From the NCBI GenBank assembly GCA_964016885.1, contig OZ024764.1, positions 23,312,001 through 23,376,000 of the forward strand: DNA of 64,000 bases. Reading direction: 5' to 3'. The notes beneath the pieces are model-generated. The model did not search any database. It had not been told where the DNA came from and worked only from the letters and a program-made list of their open reading frames with translations. Shown here in pieces: positions 1 to 10,919 of the stretch. The translations under genes were made by a program, and so were the position numbers. The first letter of the stretch is position 1. Each line of letters opens with the position of its first letter. The stretch is from Eledone cirrhosa. Its lineage: Eukaryota.

Positions 1-33
1 ACCAAGCATGTGCGTATTCATACAGAAGTTTAG
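1..33 (+). CDS. 3' end of an upstream C2H2 zinc-finger gene (copy 0), ...[10 protein letters not shown]
   Basis: acc aag cat gtg cgt att cat aca gaa gtt tag matches the last codons of the ZNF ORFs ending at 30111, 42530 and 59591 and is followed by the same 3' UTR. Confidence 0.9.
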   Translation, partial: TKHVRIHTEV

Positions 34-685
34 CTGTATCAATATCAAACTCATTACATCATACTACAACAACAACAATTGTTTAGATCCATCATCCTTG
101 TTAAAACCGGGGTCAACCTTGTAGGTTTTACCTATGACAGGGATCATAAACACCAGGTTCCCATTTTTGAAGCAGTGTTTGAAGATTTTGTGTAAATTAA
201 AGTTTTTCACATTAAACTTTGATTTATTATACTTTAACAGGTAAGATATATATTTGTATTTTTAGTAAAGGTTGGGAACTTCTGTAATTTAAACCTGCCA
301 ATAAAATGAAAACTTTTTTTGTTGTTAGTCAGACATTGATATTAATTCTATTGTCCTGTACATTGTCTCACATATCACAGATTAAACAGATTTTAACAAT
401 AACAACAGAAATCAATAACTTGTAAGCCTAATATCTAGCTTCCATTTTAACTATTTGATATTGTTGTTCCCCTCCTGTCTCTTCAGGTCTTTTAGATTTC
501 AACTTCTATTTACTGTACTATTCCATCACCAAGGCAACATTCATCTGGCTGACAGCTTACATCAGCTACAAATCTCATCAGTGGTTCACAACAGGCTGTC
601 TGAAAGAAACTTCCAGATATCTTCTATGTCATAGCTATCAATCTCCTCCTCCTTATCATATGTATCATGTAGAACATCTCTGAAT

Positions 686-1130
686 TTATATTTAACAGGG
701 AGATCTTTTACTGTCCCTACCCTTTTCTCTAGATTGTCTTGTACCTCTCTCACAGTCCCTCTAGATCTTATATTTAACAGGGAGATGTTTTACTGTCCCT
801 ACCCTTTTCTCTAGGTTGTGTTGAGCCTCTCACAGTCCCTCTAGATCTTATATTTAACAGGGAGATATTTTACTATCCCTACCCTTTTCTCTAGGTGGTG
901 TTGTACCTCTCTCACAGTCCCTCTAGATCTTATAGTTAACAGGGAGATCTTTTACTGTCCCTACCCTTTTCTCTAGGTTGTCTTGTACCTCTCTCACAGT
1001 CCCTCTAGATCTTATATTTAACAGGGAGATGTTTTACTGTCCCTACCCTTTTCTCTAGGTTGTCTTGTACCTCTCACAGTCCCTGTAGATCTTATATTTA
1101 ACAGGGAGATCTTTTACTCTCCAACCCTTC
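686..1130. repeat. ~82-bp minisatellite (TTATATTTAACAGGGAGAT...GTCCCTCTAGATC), about 5.5 units
   Basis: Unit starts near 686, 768, 848, 930, 1012, 1092. Paralogous arrays at ~16076-16520, ~43359-43725 and ~60241-60770; deleted at ~30648. Confidence 0.9.
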
Positions 1131-1463
1131 TATCTCCAGATAGTCTTGTATCTGTCAGTCCCTCTAGATATTACACCTAGTATCTAGTCTATGTTGAGTG
1201 GTACGTCCTTCTCCAGTAAAGGAGTTAATATTCCCAACCATCTGTCTATCCTGTTTTCTGATGAGAATGAAGTCAATCTAGTTTATCTCTTCACCGGATT
1301 GAAGTAACTAGATCAAGTAACTAGATGTTTTCCTGTAAGTTAGTGCTGCAGTGTTTGTGTCACCATGTAAAGTTTATATCTATTAATATAGAGATGTAGT
1401 AAAGTTTTCACTGTTGTATCTCTATTTTCTAAATATCTTAATAATGTTTCTCTACTATTTCAG

Positions 1464-1850
1464 AATATCACATGACCTTGACAGAAAAGAGTCTTTTAAA
1501 GACAACAGAAAGATGTTACATACAAGTGATATAAACTTGTTTAGTCTGTGGTGAATTATGGTGAAATATTTCTTCTGAATTGAGATAAATAACAACATTT
1601 TCCTTTTTCACTGTGGAATATTTACAAGATGATTTTACGTTCTGATTAAACTTTGGATATTTACAAAGGAGTTTTCAAAATATTTGGATATTGACAAAGA
1701 TGACATTTGATAAAATTATGAACAATAGAAATATTTACATCAACATAGGAATATTTTCCAGAAGAGGTGGGAAAATCATTATACCACTAATATTTGTGGT
1801 AAAGTATTCTCTCTTCTTTATATGTAGAACATCTAACTAAACACTTTAAT
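1464..1850 (+). pseudogene. Relic ZNF exon downstream of copy 0
   Basis: Acceptor ctactatttcag|aatatc resembles the ZNF exon acceptor. Degenerate finger gtgggaaaatcattataccac--taatatttgtggtaaagtattc has ATG>GTG and a 2-nt deletion relative to the other copies. Confidence 0.65.
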
Positions 1851-1953
1851 TAACAAACTATTGTGCTATAGAATTGACAAACTTGAGGAATGTTTAATAA
1901 ATGTTACAGATTTCTCCAAACTCATTTACTAACTTTAATTTGAAGCTATATTA

Positions 1954-2140
1954 TCTATATACTACTAAAACTCTGTGATTGTGTCTTGTCTGTAGTACAG
2001 CTAAAACAGTGCATAATGGGGAAATACTTTGAAAAGAATAAAACAAGTTTTGTATAAATTGGGGCACAGGTTCCCAAGAGACGGGGTTTTCTGGGTACCT
2101 TCATAAATATAGGGAGAGAAAGAGATAGTGGTTGTGAGAG
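1954..2140 (+). mobile_element. 5' part of non-autonomous Helitron (3' end deleted)
   Basis: Starts A|TCTATATACTACTAAAA like the complete copy at 17338-17749, then breaks off at gagag|aagatatttcag. Confidence 0.6.
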
Positions 2141-2227
2141 AAGATATTTCAGTAAGAAGGTTCACGTCCTGACATCTATAGCTGTTAACAAGGAGGTTGG
2201 AATTCATTATTAAACAAATGTTATACC

Positions 2228-2425
2228 ATCATCACTGTTTTACATCAGTTTTTCCACGCTGGCATGGGTTAGACGGGTTATCCTGTTGTAAGCAATGCCA
2301 GGTCAGGTGACCACGTGTTGCTCCTACAAAACCAATTTTGGTTTGGTTTCTACAGCTGGATGACCTTCCTAGCACCAACCTTATTTACATTGAGTACTGG
2401 GTGCTTTTTACTATCTCACCAACTC
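2228..2425 (-). mobile_element. Non-autonomous RTE-related retroelement (SINE-like)
   Basis: catcatcac...ccacgctggcatgggttagacgg resembles the reverse complement of the RTE 3' end at ~48990-49054; gctggatgaccttcctagcaccaacc resembles the reverse complement of the RTE 5' UTR at ~45985-46007. Also at ~45323 and ~62337. Confidence 0.6.
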
Positions 2426-2880
2426 GACCACTTCACAGTGTGGGCTGGGTACTTTTTTACTTTTTGTCATGACACCTACATGACCACTTTACAGTGAGTA
2501 CTGGGTACTTTTTGTTGTGACACCTACATGAACACTTTACAGTGTGGATTGGGTACTTTTTGCCATGACACCTACATGACCACTTTACAGTGTGGATTGG
2601 GTACTTTTTGCCATGACACCTACATGACCACTTTACAGTGAGTACTGGGTACTTTTTGTTGTGACACCTACATGACCACTTTACCGGGTGGACTGGGTAC
2701 TTTTTGTTGTCACACTTACATGACCACTTTACAGTGTGGACTGGGTACTTTTTGTCATGACACCTATGTGACCACTTTACAGTGTGGACTGGGTACTTTT
2801 TGTTGTGACACCTACATGACCACTTTACAGTGTGGACTGGCTACTTTTTGTCATGACACCTACACAACCTCTTTACAGTG
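2426..2880. repeat. 48-bp minisatellite (GACACCTACATGACCACTTTACAGTGTGGACTGGGTACTTTTTGTCAT)
   Basis: Unit starts at 2471, 2519, 2567, 2615, 2663 etc. Related arrays at ~17938-18335, ~32038-32432, ~45524-45740, ~62538-63108. Confidence 0.9.
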
Positions 2881-2977
2881 TTGGCAGTGAAATCTAATGC
2901 ACCAGCTTCAGTAATCAGAAGATACATAATATACATATATACACACACACACACAAACAAAAATATATATATATATT

Positions 2978-5396
2978 CAGTGGTACCTTGACTTACAAGT
3001 GTCCCAACTAATAAGTTTTTCGAGATACGAGCCCTCTCTCGGCTGATTTTTTGCGTTGAGTTCCAGAGTAAAATTCGGGTTACGAGTCAGCTTCAGATGC
3101 CCCGCCACGAGTTGCCATAGTGACCGCCACAGGCAATACCGTAATACCCGCCCAGCATCCCATGGCTTCGAAGAAAGTGAGACGAAGGACAGTTCTGAGA
3201 AGAAGAAGCAGATGATGTGTATTGAATTAAAGAAAGAAATTATAGAAAAACATGTCCAAGGTGTGTGTGTAGTGGACTTGGTGAAGCAGTACGAGCGTAG
3301 CACTTCTCCGATATGTACCATACTGAAGTAGAAGGACTTGATAAAGGCTATAACCCCAGCTAAGGGTGGTAAAAGAATTTCTAAACAGCGGACATCTATC
3401 CATGAAAATGTGGAAAAGCTGCTGATGGTGTGGTTGACGGAGAAGCAGCTCGCAAGAGATACCGTGATGAAGATTATAATATGTGAGAAGGTACGAGCTA
3501 TTTACGCTGATTTGCTGCAGCAGACCCCAGGTACTTCTACGGACGAGGCATCGGCAAGCCCTTTAATGCCAGTCGGGGTTGGTTTGAGAATTTTAAAAAG
3601 AGGACCGGCATTCACTCCGTTGTCAGGCATGGTGAGGTAGCGAGCGCGGATATGAAGGCAGCTGAGGATTACCTCAAAACCTTTGTCAGAATTATAGCAG
3701 CCAAAGGATACATCCCTCAGCAAGTCTTTAACTGTGATGAAACAGGACTTTTTGGAAGAAGATACCAAAAAGGACTTATATAATGGAAGAGGATGCCTGG
3801 CCACAAACCCATGAAGGATACGTTAACCCTCGCACTGTGCCAATGCGAGCGGCGAGTGTAAGATTAAGTTGCCGCTCGTTTATCATTCAGAAAACTCCAG
3901 AACCTTTAAGTCACATAAGATTCTGAAAGTAAAATTGCAGGTTATGTGGAGGGCAAACCCGAGGGCATGGGTCACCAGGTAGTTCTTTGTGGAGTGGGTG
4001 AATTTGGTCTTTGGTCCTGACGTTAAAAAATATCTCCAGGAAAATAACCTACCCCTGTAAACCCTTCTTGTTCTGGACAATACACCTGCTCATCCATCTA
4101 ACCTCGAAGAGTTCAAGTTTATAAAGGTTCTCTACCTTCCACCAAACACCACCCCTATCCTACAGCCCAAGGACCAGCAGGTACTTTCTAATTTCAAGAA
4201 GCTCTTCACCAAGCACCTGTTCAGTCGCTGCTTTGAAGTGACGGAGAGCACAAACTTCACCCTTGAGAGGTCTGGAAGGACCATTATAACATCGTGATAT
4301 GCCTCAGAATTATCGATATGACCTGGCAGGGTCTTACAAAGAGGACCTTGACCTCTACATGGAAGAAGCTGTGGCCTGAAGTTGTGTCTAAAACAGACTT
4401 TGAAAGACTGGAACCCGAAGCGGCAGTGGTGGATGAGATTGTACCCCTCGGTAAGTCCATGGGCCTGGACATGGATGAGGGTGACATCGAGGAGCACCCC
4501 GAGGAGATGACAACGAAGGAATTAAAGGAGCTACAGACACAGCAAAACACGGAGTTTTTGCAGGAAATAGGTGACACAGAGGAGGTTATCTCAACAAGTG
4601 AGATGAAACAAACCTTATTAGACAGGTTTTTATTGAAAATCCCTGCAGATAAAAGTGAGGAAAGCGTGGCGAAAAGGGCAAAAATCAGCGAATAAGATTG
4701 TTATTCAGTTTGTAGCGGTTGTCTCCCTTGATTGGATTAACGTCTGGACGGGAAGTGGGGCCCTTTCTGTAACTTCCGGTTAGAGCCCTATAAAACTAAC
4801 AACTTTAAGCTCTCTTTCTCTCATTGCCTTTTCGGCACCAGGTCAAGAGCCTCTCATTTTGGCTCTGCCATTCATTTGGCCAACAGGCGCCTGGCCTTAG
4901 CCAGGCGTCCTCTGCCAGCCGCGTTTTCCTGGCAATCAAAACGGTAACTACTAACTTTGCTTCATTCTAACATCTATTCCTTTGACATGTCAACTATACT
5001 ATCTACCATTGTTAATTAAATATTATACACACCAAACCATGTATTCCTTGTTACATTCATACAACCCAGTATTCTCGCTATAAGTTCATCCTTTCTCCTC
5101 CGTCAACATCCTCAAGTCGTCTGATCTCCAAGATAGATGCTGTACATTATACTTAATAAAACCAGTTTATTGTAGTACATTCTATTGTATTGTTTTTTAT
5201 ATACAATATTTGTCATTTATAAGTACATTTTTCTTATTTAAAAACACGTAACAAAACAAACTGTGGTTTTTTGGGGGGTCTGGAACGGATTAACGGCATT
5301 TTAATTTATTTCAGTGGGGAAAATTGATTTGACATACGAGTAATTTAAGTTACGAGGTCCTCCACGGAACAAATTAAACTCATAAGTCAAGGTACA

Positions 5397-5400
<4 letters not shown>
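2978..5400 (+). mobile_element. Tigger/pogo (Tc1/mariner) DNA transposon, dead transposase
   Basis: TIR CAGTGGTACCTTGACTTAC at 2978 and imperfect inverse ending at 5400. ORF fragments give CENP-B-like HTH regions (IELKKEIIEK; LLMVWLTEKQ) and the QVFNCDETGLF DDE motif. Stops and frameshifts present. Confidence 0.92.
4711..5082 (+). mobile_element. Solo LTR (372 bp) nested in the Tigger, 4-bp TSD AGTT
   Basis: Absent from the paralogous Tigger (ttattcagttcatcc at ~50753). Ends TGTAGCG...CGCTATA. AGTT at 4707-4710 and 5083-5086. TATAAAA at 4789. Confidence 0.85.
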
Positions 5401-5427
<27 letters not shown>

Positions 5428-5434
5428 GAAGAAA

Positions 5435-5600
5435 CGATCGACTTTCGTCAAATCGGACCGAGGAAGCAATGTTTCCATTGGTCTTTCCAATTGCTAGTAC
5501 TATCGGTCGCAATTCCAGGTAGAAGGAACAACGTAAAATAAAGTGTCTTGCTCAAGGTCATAACGCATCGCCTGGTCCAGGAATCGAACTCACAACCTCA
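5435..5600 (-). mobile_element. tRNA-derived SINE, 5'-truncated
   Basis: Reverse complement of the SINE at 22290-22503, including B box GTTCGATTC and ccttgagcaagacac core. Paralog at ~51112-51278. Confidence 0.8.
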
Positions 5601-7029
5601 AGATATATATATATATATAAATGAAGAATATAGAAATTATTGTAGCAAAAAGCCAACAGTATTCCATTTCATTTCATTTCATTTGAGTTTGAGTCCATGC
5701 TCAGGCCAAGTCGAAGACTCCACCCATTATATATATATATATAGTATAAAAGAGAAAACACAGGTAAGCATTAAGAGAAGGATTTTATCCAGGTATTTAC
5801 GACCGTTTCATTGGTAAGTGCAACCTTATATTTCTATCCTGCAAATAACAGCCACTCAATTATAATTGTTGTTCACAGTCCAAATTTTCAAAATAGTAAG
5901 TTACTCTTGAAATAATTCTTAATATATAGAGAAAAACATTTATTTGGAATTGTATTTACTAGTAGAGAGAGAGAGGAATCAGAAGGTGAGGGGACAGACG
6001 GAATAGTATAGAGAGAGAGGAAGGGGGTAGAGGTAGGAAGTAGAGTGACAAACTGAGATGGAGGGAGGGGTAGAGGTGGCAGGATTCTTTGGTCAGTTTT
6101 GATAGCAGACTTCATGTCGTGGAATGTAGTGAGTTAAAGAGAATTAAATTGATCATTTTTGGAGGGATGGATATATATATATATAGTTAAATATTAGACA
6201 GGAACAAAAAAACAGAGGCAGTGCAAATGGTAGTTTATACCGAGAGAGGGACAGACAAACACATCTATACCCCTACTACAGTAAAACATAAAACATATGT
6301 AAGGGGAGACAACTCTCGTTACATCGCCCCCTTCTTTTTGATATACGTCCTTTAAATACTTTGTTCAATGGAATCTGCTTTATTTTGTGTCCTAAGTAGA
6401 TTTCTGTTTAAGTATTTACGAGATTCACAATGATTCACGTAACCAAGTTACTTACATAGAGATATATTTCACATAGAATTACAACAAATGAAAATATTAA
6501 GTCAACACTCTGTCAATCAGTCTCACATCACATGGGGTGCCGGAGTCTCCCTCTAATACTTTCTGAGACAGTCTTACCTCGAGTGATAGCAAGGCTAAGA
6601 TGTTGGAACTACCAAACACCCTCATATGTATCACCTGACACCTCGGTAAGGAGAGCTGCCAACGATAACAAGAACCTCGTTGTCAGGGACCTATCTCCTC
6701 CAAACTTCTCCAACACCACAGACTAGAATATTCTACTCTTTATTCCCTATCAAATATATTTCAGTCTAGTCATTTGTCTTGTATTTTGTATATGTATTTT
6801 CAAAACTAACTGTCACATTTGTCAGGGTACTTAGTTGTTCCGGCAAATTATCCTCCATATGACCCAATCTTACCGAGATACCCGGTGATCTCTGCTAGGG
6901 TACTCGATTGATCCAGCACCCTACTATTTCTACCAACAGGTTATATCGAGGTATCAAGTGATACTCTTTTCAAGTCAAGACCTCCTCTGCTGTCCTCTGT
7001 CTTCCAACTGCCCTGTTATTCTACAGACT

Positions 7030-10000
7030 CACGAAAGCTATCTCACCGCTTTTCATAGGCGCCGCTAAATTCCACTGCTGGTCTGTCCTCTTCCACGTGC
7101 GTCCAACTCCTTAACACCAGGAGCTGCCAAAACTCGCGTCCACACCGTTGCTGGTCACCACTAAGAGGGCCATCTGCTGGCCCTCCCGGTCGAGCACTCC
7201 CCCGCTTCCGGCCACCGCATGCCACACCATACCCACACGCCCCCCCCCCCCCCCCCTGATCTCAAGGATCAATTTCCTCCTCGTCCTTCTCCATATGAAA
7301 GTCTGCTGTCCAGGTTGGTGGTTTACGACTTCTTTGCGAGATCCGCAGTGTTGGGGCAGCACTTTGGGTTTCCTCTACCTCGGAGTCCGTTGACACAGTG
7401 ATTCTACGGACATCCAGGACATGACGTGGTACTCCGTCCATGGACACATTGTTCTGGGAATTTACGGCCGTCACTGTTCCCCTTCCCCATTGAGATGTGC
7501 AACGTGCATCTGGGGGCTTAACCCAGACTTCCTCACCCACCTGCACGGGTGCCACCACTCGTATCTGAATACTGCTCTGTGTGGCACCGATTCCTCGACC
7601 TGTCCCACCCGAGGGGACGTGTTGTACCAGAACACTGCCTCCATTGGTGAGATATGGCCCCGCTACGCCATTGCCTTGATCGTCCGGTGGTGTCGCTCCA
7701 CAATTCCATTCCCGCTCGGCATGTGCGCTGCTCTGAAGAAACGGTCCACCCTCCATCCATCGAGCATCTCCCTCAGCGCCTCCGAGCGGAACGCTGCGCC
7801 GTTGTCCATCAGCAGTTCGTCCACAGGGCCCCGCTCCAAGAACACCTCTCTCAACGTCCGCATGATTTCCTCGGCCGTTCCAGTTTTCATCTCCCTCCAT
7901 ATCGCCTTCCGTCCTGGTCCACAGTCGACCATCGAGAGGTACATTCCCTGTCGGTAATGCGTTACATCCACCGCCAATCGTTTCCAGTCGCGATCCACTG
8001 GGAGGCTTCCCGTTTCGTGTACACCCGGGGTGGATCAATGGACTGACATCGGACGCAGCCTCTAACCACCCTTTGAACACTGTGACTGTTAACGTCCGAG
8101 TCGATTCTCCTGGCTAGGAACAGGCTCCTATCCACTCCCATGTGGTGGATGTCATGCAACCCTTTCAGATCCGACTCGGTCAGCCGACACACGGCAGCTA
8201 TCTCATCTTCTACCTCCTCCGGCGCTTCCATCCAGGCTTTCTTCACCCTAGTTAAGATGTCCGCCCTATTTTTCTCTGAGGGCACGAAAACTACGCTCAG
8301 CCTCAGGTCGAATTCGGTGGCCAGCTCTCCTAAAGTTCCCAGGCGGCGCTTTATCAGCATCTCCGCCGCGCCTCTCGTTCGCACTCTCTTCTCACTGGTG
8401 AGCACTGATCTTACCCACTGGTTCACCCCTCTCAACACCGCGTCCAGCTCGGCCACATTGATGTGGCTGCAGTCGTCCTTCTTTCTAAGCCAGGCTGCAT
8501 CCTCGACCTCAACACCTCCTATCTCCAACGTGACACCCAGCGCTATTCTGCTGGTATAGCACCATACGGTCCCGCTCTTTGATTTGGGTACATACAAGCA
8601 TCTCCGCACTGGGTCGTCGGCCTTCACCCTCCCCACGATCTCCTGCATCATGGCCACCGTCCTCTCTCCCGCTCGTCTCTTGACATAGCTGCATGCCGTC
8701 CGGAGCCACCCAGCGATCGGGTAGTGACCCACCAGCTTTCCACACACCGAGAAAAGCTCCCGCCTATTCATACTTGGGCCCAGTTCCGGGAACTTCGTTT
8801 CCCCTCTGGAACACCAAGACGCCCGTCCTGTCTCGCCGTAGCCTAAGTCCCAGTGCGGCTCCTCCCTCCAATGCTTCTGATGGCTTCGCAGCCAGTCCAT
8901 ACCTCCGCCGTCGACACCACCGACTCGTCCACTAGGATGTCGTCAATATAGGAGTTAGTAGCCCTCTTTATCTTGTCGGCCCTCCCCAGAGCGGTCTTGA
9001 GGACCGCCGCCATGATCTTCGGTGCGGAGCTCAGCCCGAAACCGAGCCTGGTCAGGCAATATGTCCGGCCCTTATATCTGACCAGCTGATACTGCCAGAG
9101 CTTCTCATCTATATGCAATTACAAGTATGCCGACTTTAGATCTACGATTGCTGAACCCCCCGTCATGCGTCTCCACTCACGCAGGGTTTCCCCACAGACA
9201 TCCGTGACCTCGCCACCCGTGTGGCATGACACGTGCTCGTTCAGCTCCCGATAGTCCAGCACCGGCCTCACCTTGCTCTTCGTGGGTTGCACCACCGCCA
9301 TTAACGGCAATACTCTGCACTTCACCTCCTCCTTCCAGGGAAGCAGTATGCCCTCCTCAATCCATCTCTCTACCTCTCGCTCGAACTCGCTCCTAATAGT
9401 TTCCCTTCAATGTGTGTTGATAGCAGCCCACTTTGGTCTTCAGTGTTGGTGGTTCTCCCTTCCAGTACCACTCAACAACCCATCGCTGCCCATCAAACAC
9501 GGCCTTGAAGTCTTTGTCCTGCACAGTGTAAGCGGGGTATTCCTCCTCGTGGGCCTTCTGGTACTCATGACGTGCACTCACAGCGCATACCGATGCAGCG
9601 GCGCCAAATGACACACCGACATTGTTCACCGTGACGCCCCCTAGACGGCCAATTGCGTCCATGCCCATAACCACGCTGATCCCATCCACCACACTGTCTA
9701 CCACGATGGCGGAAAGCTTATCCTCATTCCCCGTACCGCTATATCCATCTCGCTGCGATCTCGGCATTCAATTTTCCTGCCGTCGACTGGTCTGACGCTG
9801 CTCTTCCCTCCCCACCTCTGCGCCACCCCTGCGGTCACCAGTGTCGTCATACAGCCCGTATCCACGAGGGCTCGCTGTGGCTTCCACCACGGGCAGCGCC
9901 ACTACTCGTTAGGGGCAACTACCGACGCAGTATTTCCCCTTGGATCGTTTCCCTGGTCGCAGTTGGTAGCGATGTGGCCTGGTCGCTTACACCGGTAGCA

Positions 10001-10734
10001 AATTATCTCCGGCTTCGACTCTCTACAGTCTCTAGCCATGTGCGGGCCCTGGCACCGAAAACAGCGCCCTCTAAACGCACGCAGACGGCCGCGTGCCGAG
10101 GTTGCCTCCCTTTCATCATTTCGCTACCAGTTTCCTGAGCCTCCGTAGTTGCTATCGCCGCAACACTCTTTTTGGCATCTTCCGCTATGATCCGTGTTCG
10201 TCCAACTCAAGGAAGAGTACCAGCGCGTGGCCCTCGAAGTACAATGCCATGAGGCCGGCCACGTCCTCTATCTTCTGGAAGCTTGCGACCAGCCGAACCT
10301 TCCGCAGCCAAGCGACAACATCACCTTCCCCGGTGAATGCCCTGATAGCTTCGTTCATCCGTAGTCTTGTCGCCATCTTCTGATTTGTCTTGCGGCATGT
10401 GTTTTTTTTTTTTTTTTTTTTTTTTTTCAGTTGCCGAAATAGCTTTTCACAGGCGCCGCTAAACTCCACTGCAGGTTACTCCTCTTCCACGTGCCTCCAA
10501 CTGCTTAACACCGGGAGCTGCCCAAAACTCGCGCCCACACCGTTTGCTGGTCACCACTAGAGAGAGGCCCTCTGCTGGCCCTTCCGGTCGAGCATCCTTC
10601 CGGCCAAACACCTCCGGCCACCCCACGCCACACACTCTTTCGGTCGAGCACTCCCCCACCTCCGGCCACCCCACGCCACACACCCTTCCGGTCGAGCACT
10701 CCCCCGCCTCCAGCCACACCACACCATACCCACA
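7030..10734 (-). mobile_element. Ty3/Gypsy LTR retrotransposon, degenerate (gag-PR-RT-RNaseH-IN)
   Basis: Related LTRs at ~7030-7237 and ~10400-10734, both starting TGTGGG on the minus strand. Poly-G PPT at 7238-7256. gag ATG ~10376 with knuckles CFRCQGPHMARDC and CYRCKRPGHIATNC. Protease ALVDTGC; RT VRPVLDYRELN / DLKSAY / YIDD; integrase HHCC and D,D,E (AVDVTH, LMDNG, GIVER). Integrase lies after RT/RNaseH. Confidence 0.93.
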
Positions 10735-10919
10735 TAATGTTATAGTATCATGATAGGGTAATACAGTTATTTATAGACCTGTGGTAGATGTTGGTTCAGT
10801 CCACCCTGGGGGGTGTAAGTGTTGGTTCAGTCCACCCTGGGGGGTGTTAGTGTTGGTCAATGATAACCTTTATAATTAGAGGCCTGTTGGTGAGGAAAGC
10901 CCATCCTTATTCTAGATAT

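Noticed and set aside
2426-2880. 48-bp, 62-bp and 82-bp arrays as CRISPR-like loci
   Set aside because: Units are contiguous with no unique spacers, no cas genes are present, and the context is eukaryotic.
3056-4695. Domesticated Tigger-derived (TIGD/CENP-B-like) gene, and likewise a GTF2IRD2-like gene at 19774-21316
   Set aside because: TIRs are retained and the reading frames have several stops and frameshifts shared between copies.
6532-6726. Identical 64-aa ORF at 6532 and 52160
   Set aside because: Lies in a repeat-derived block; the paralog at ~22797 has an in-frame TGA and the block is deleted in the next unit.
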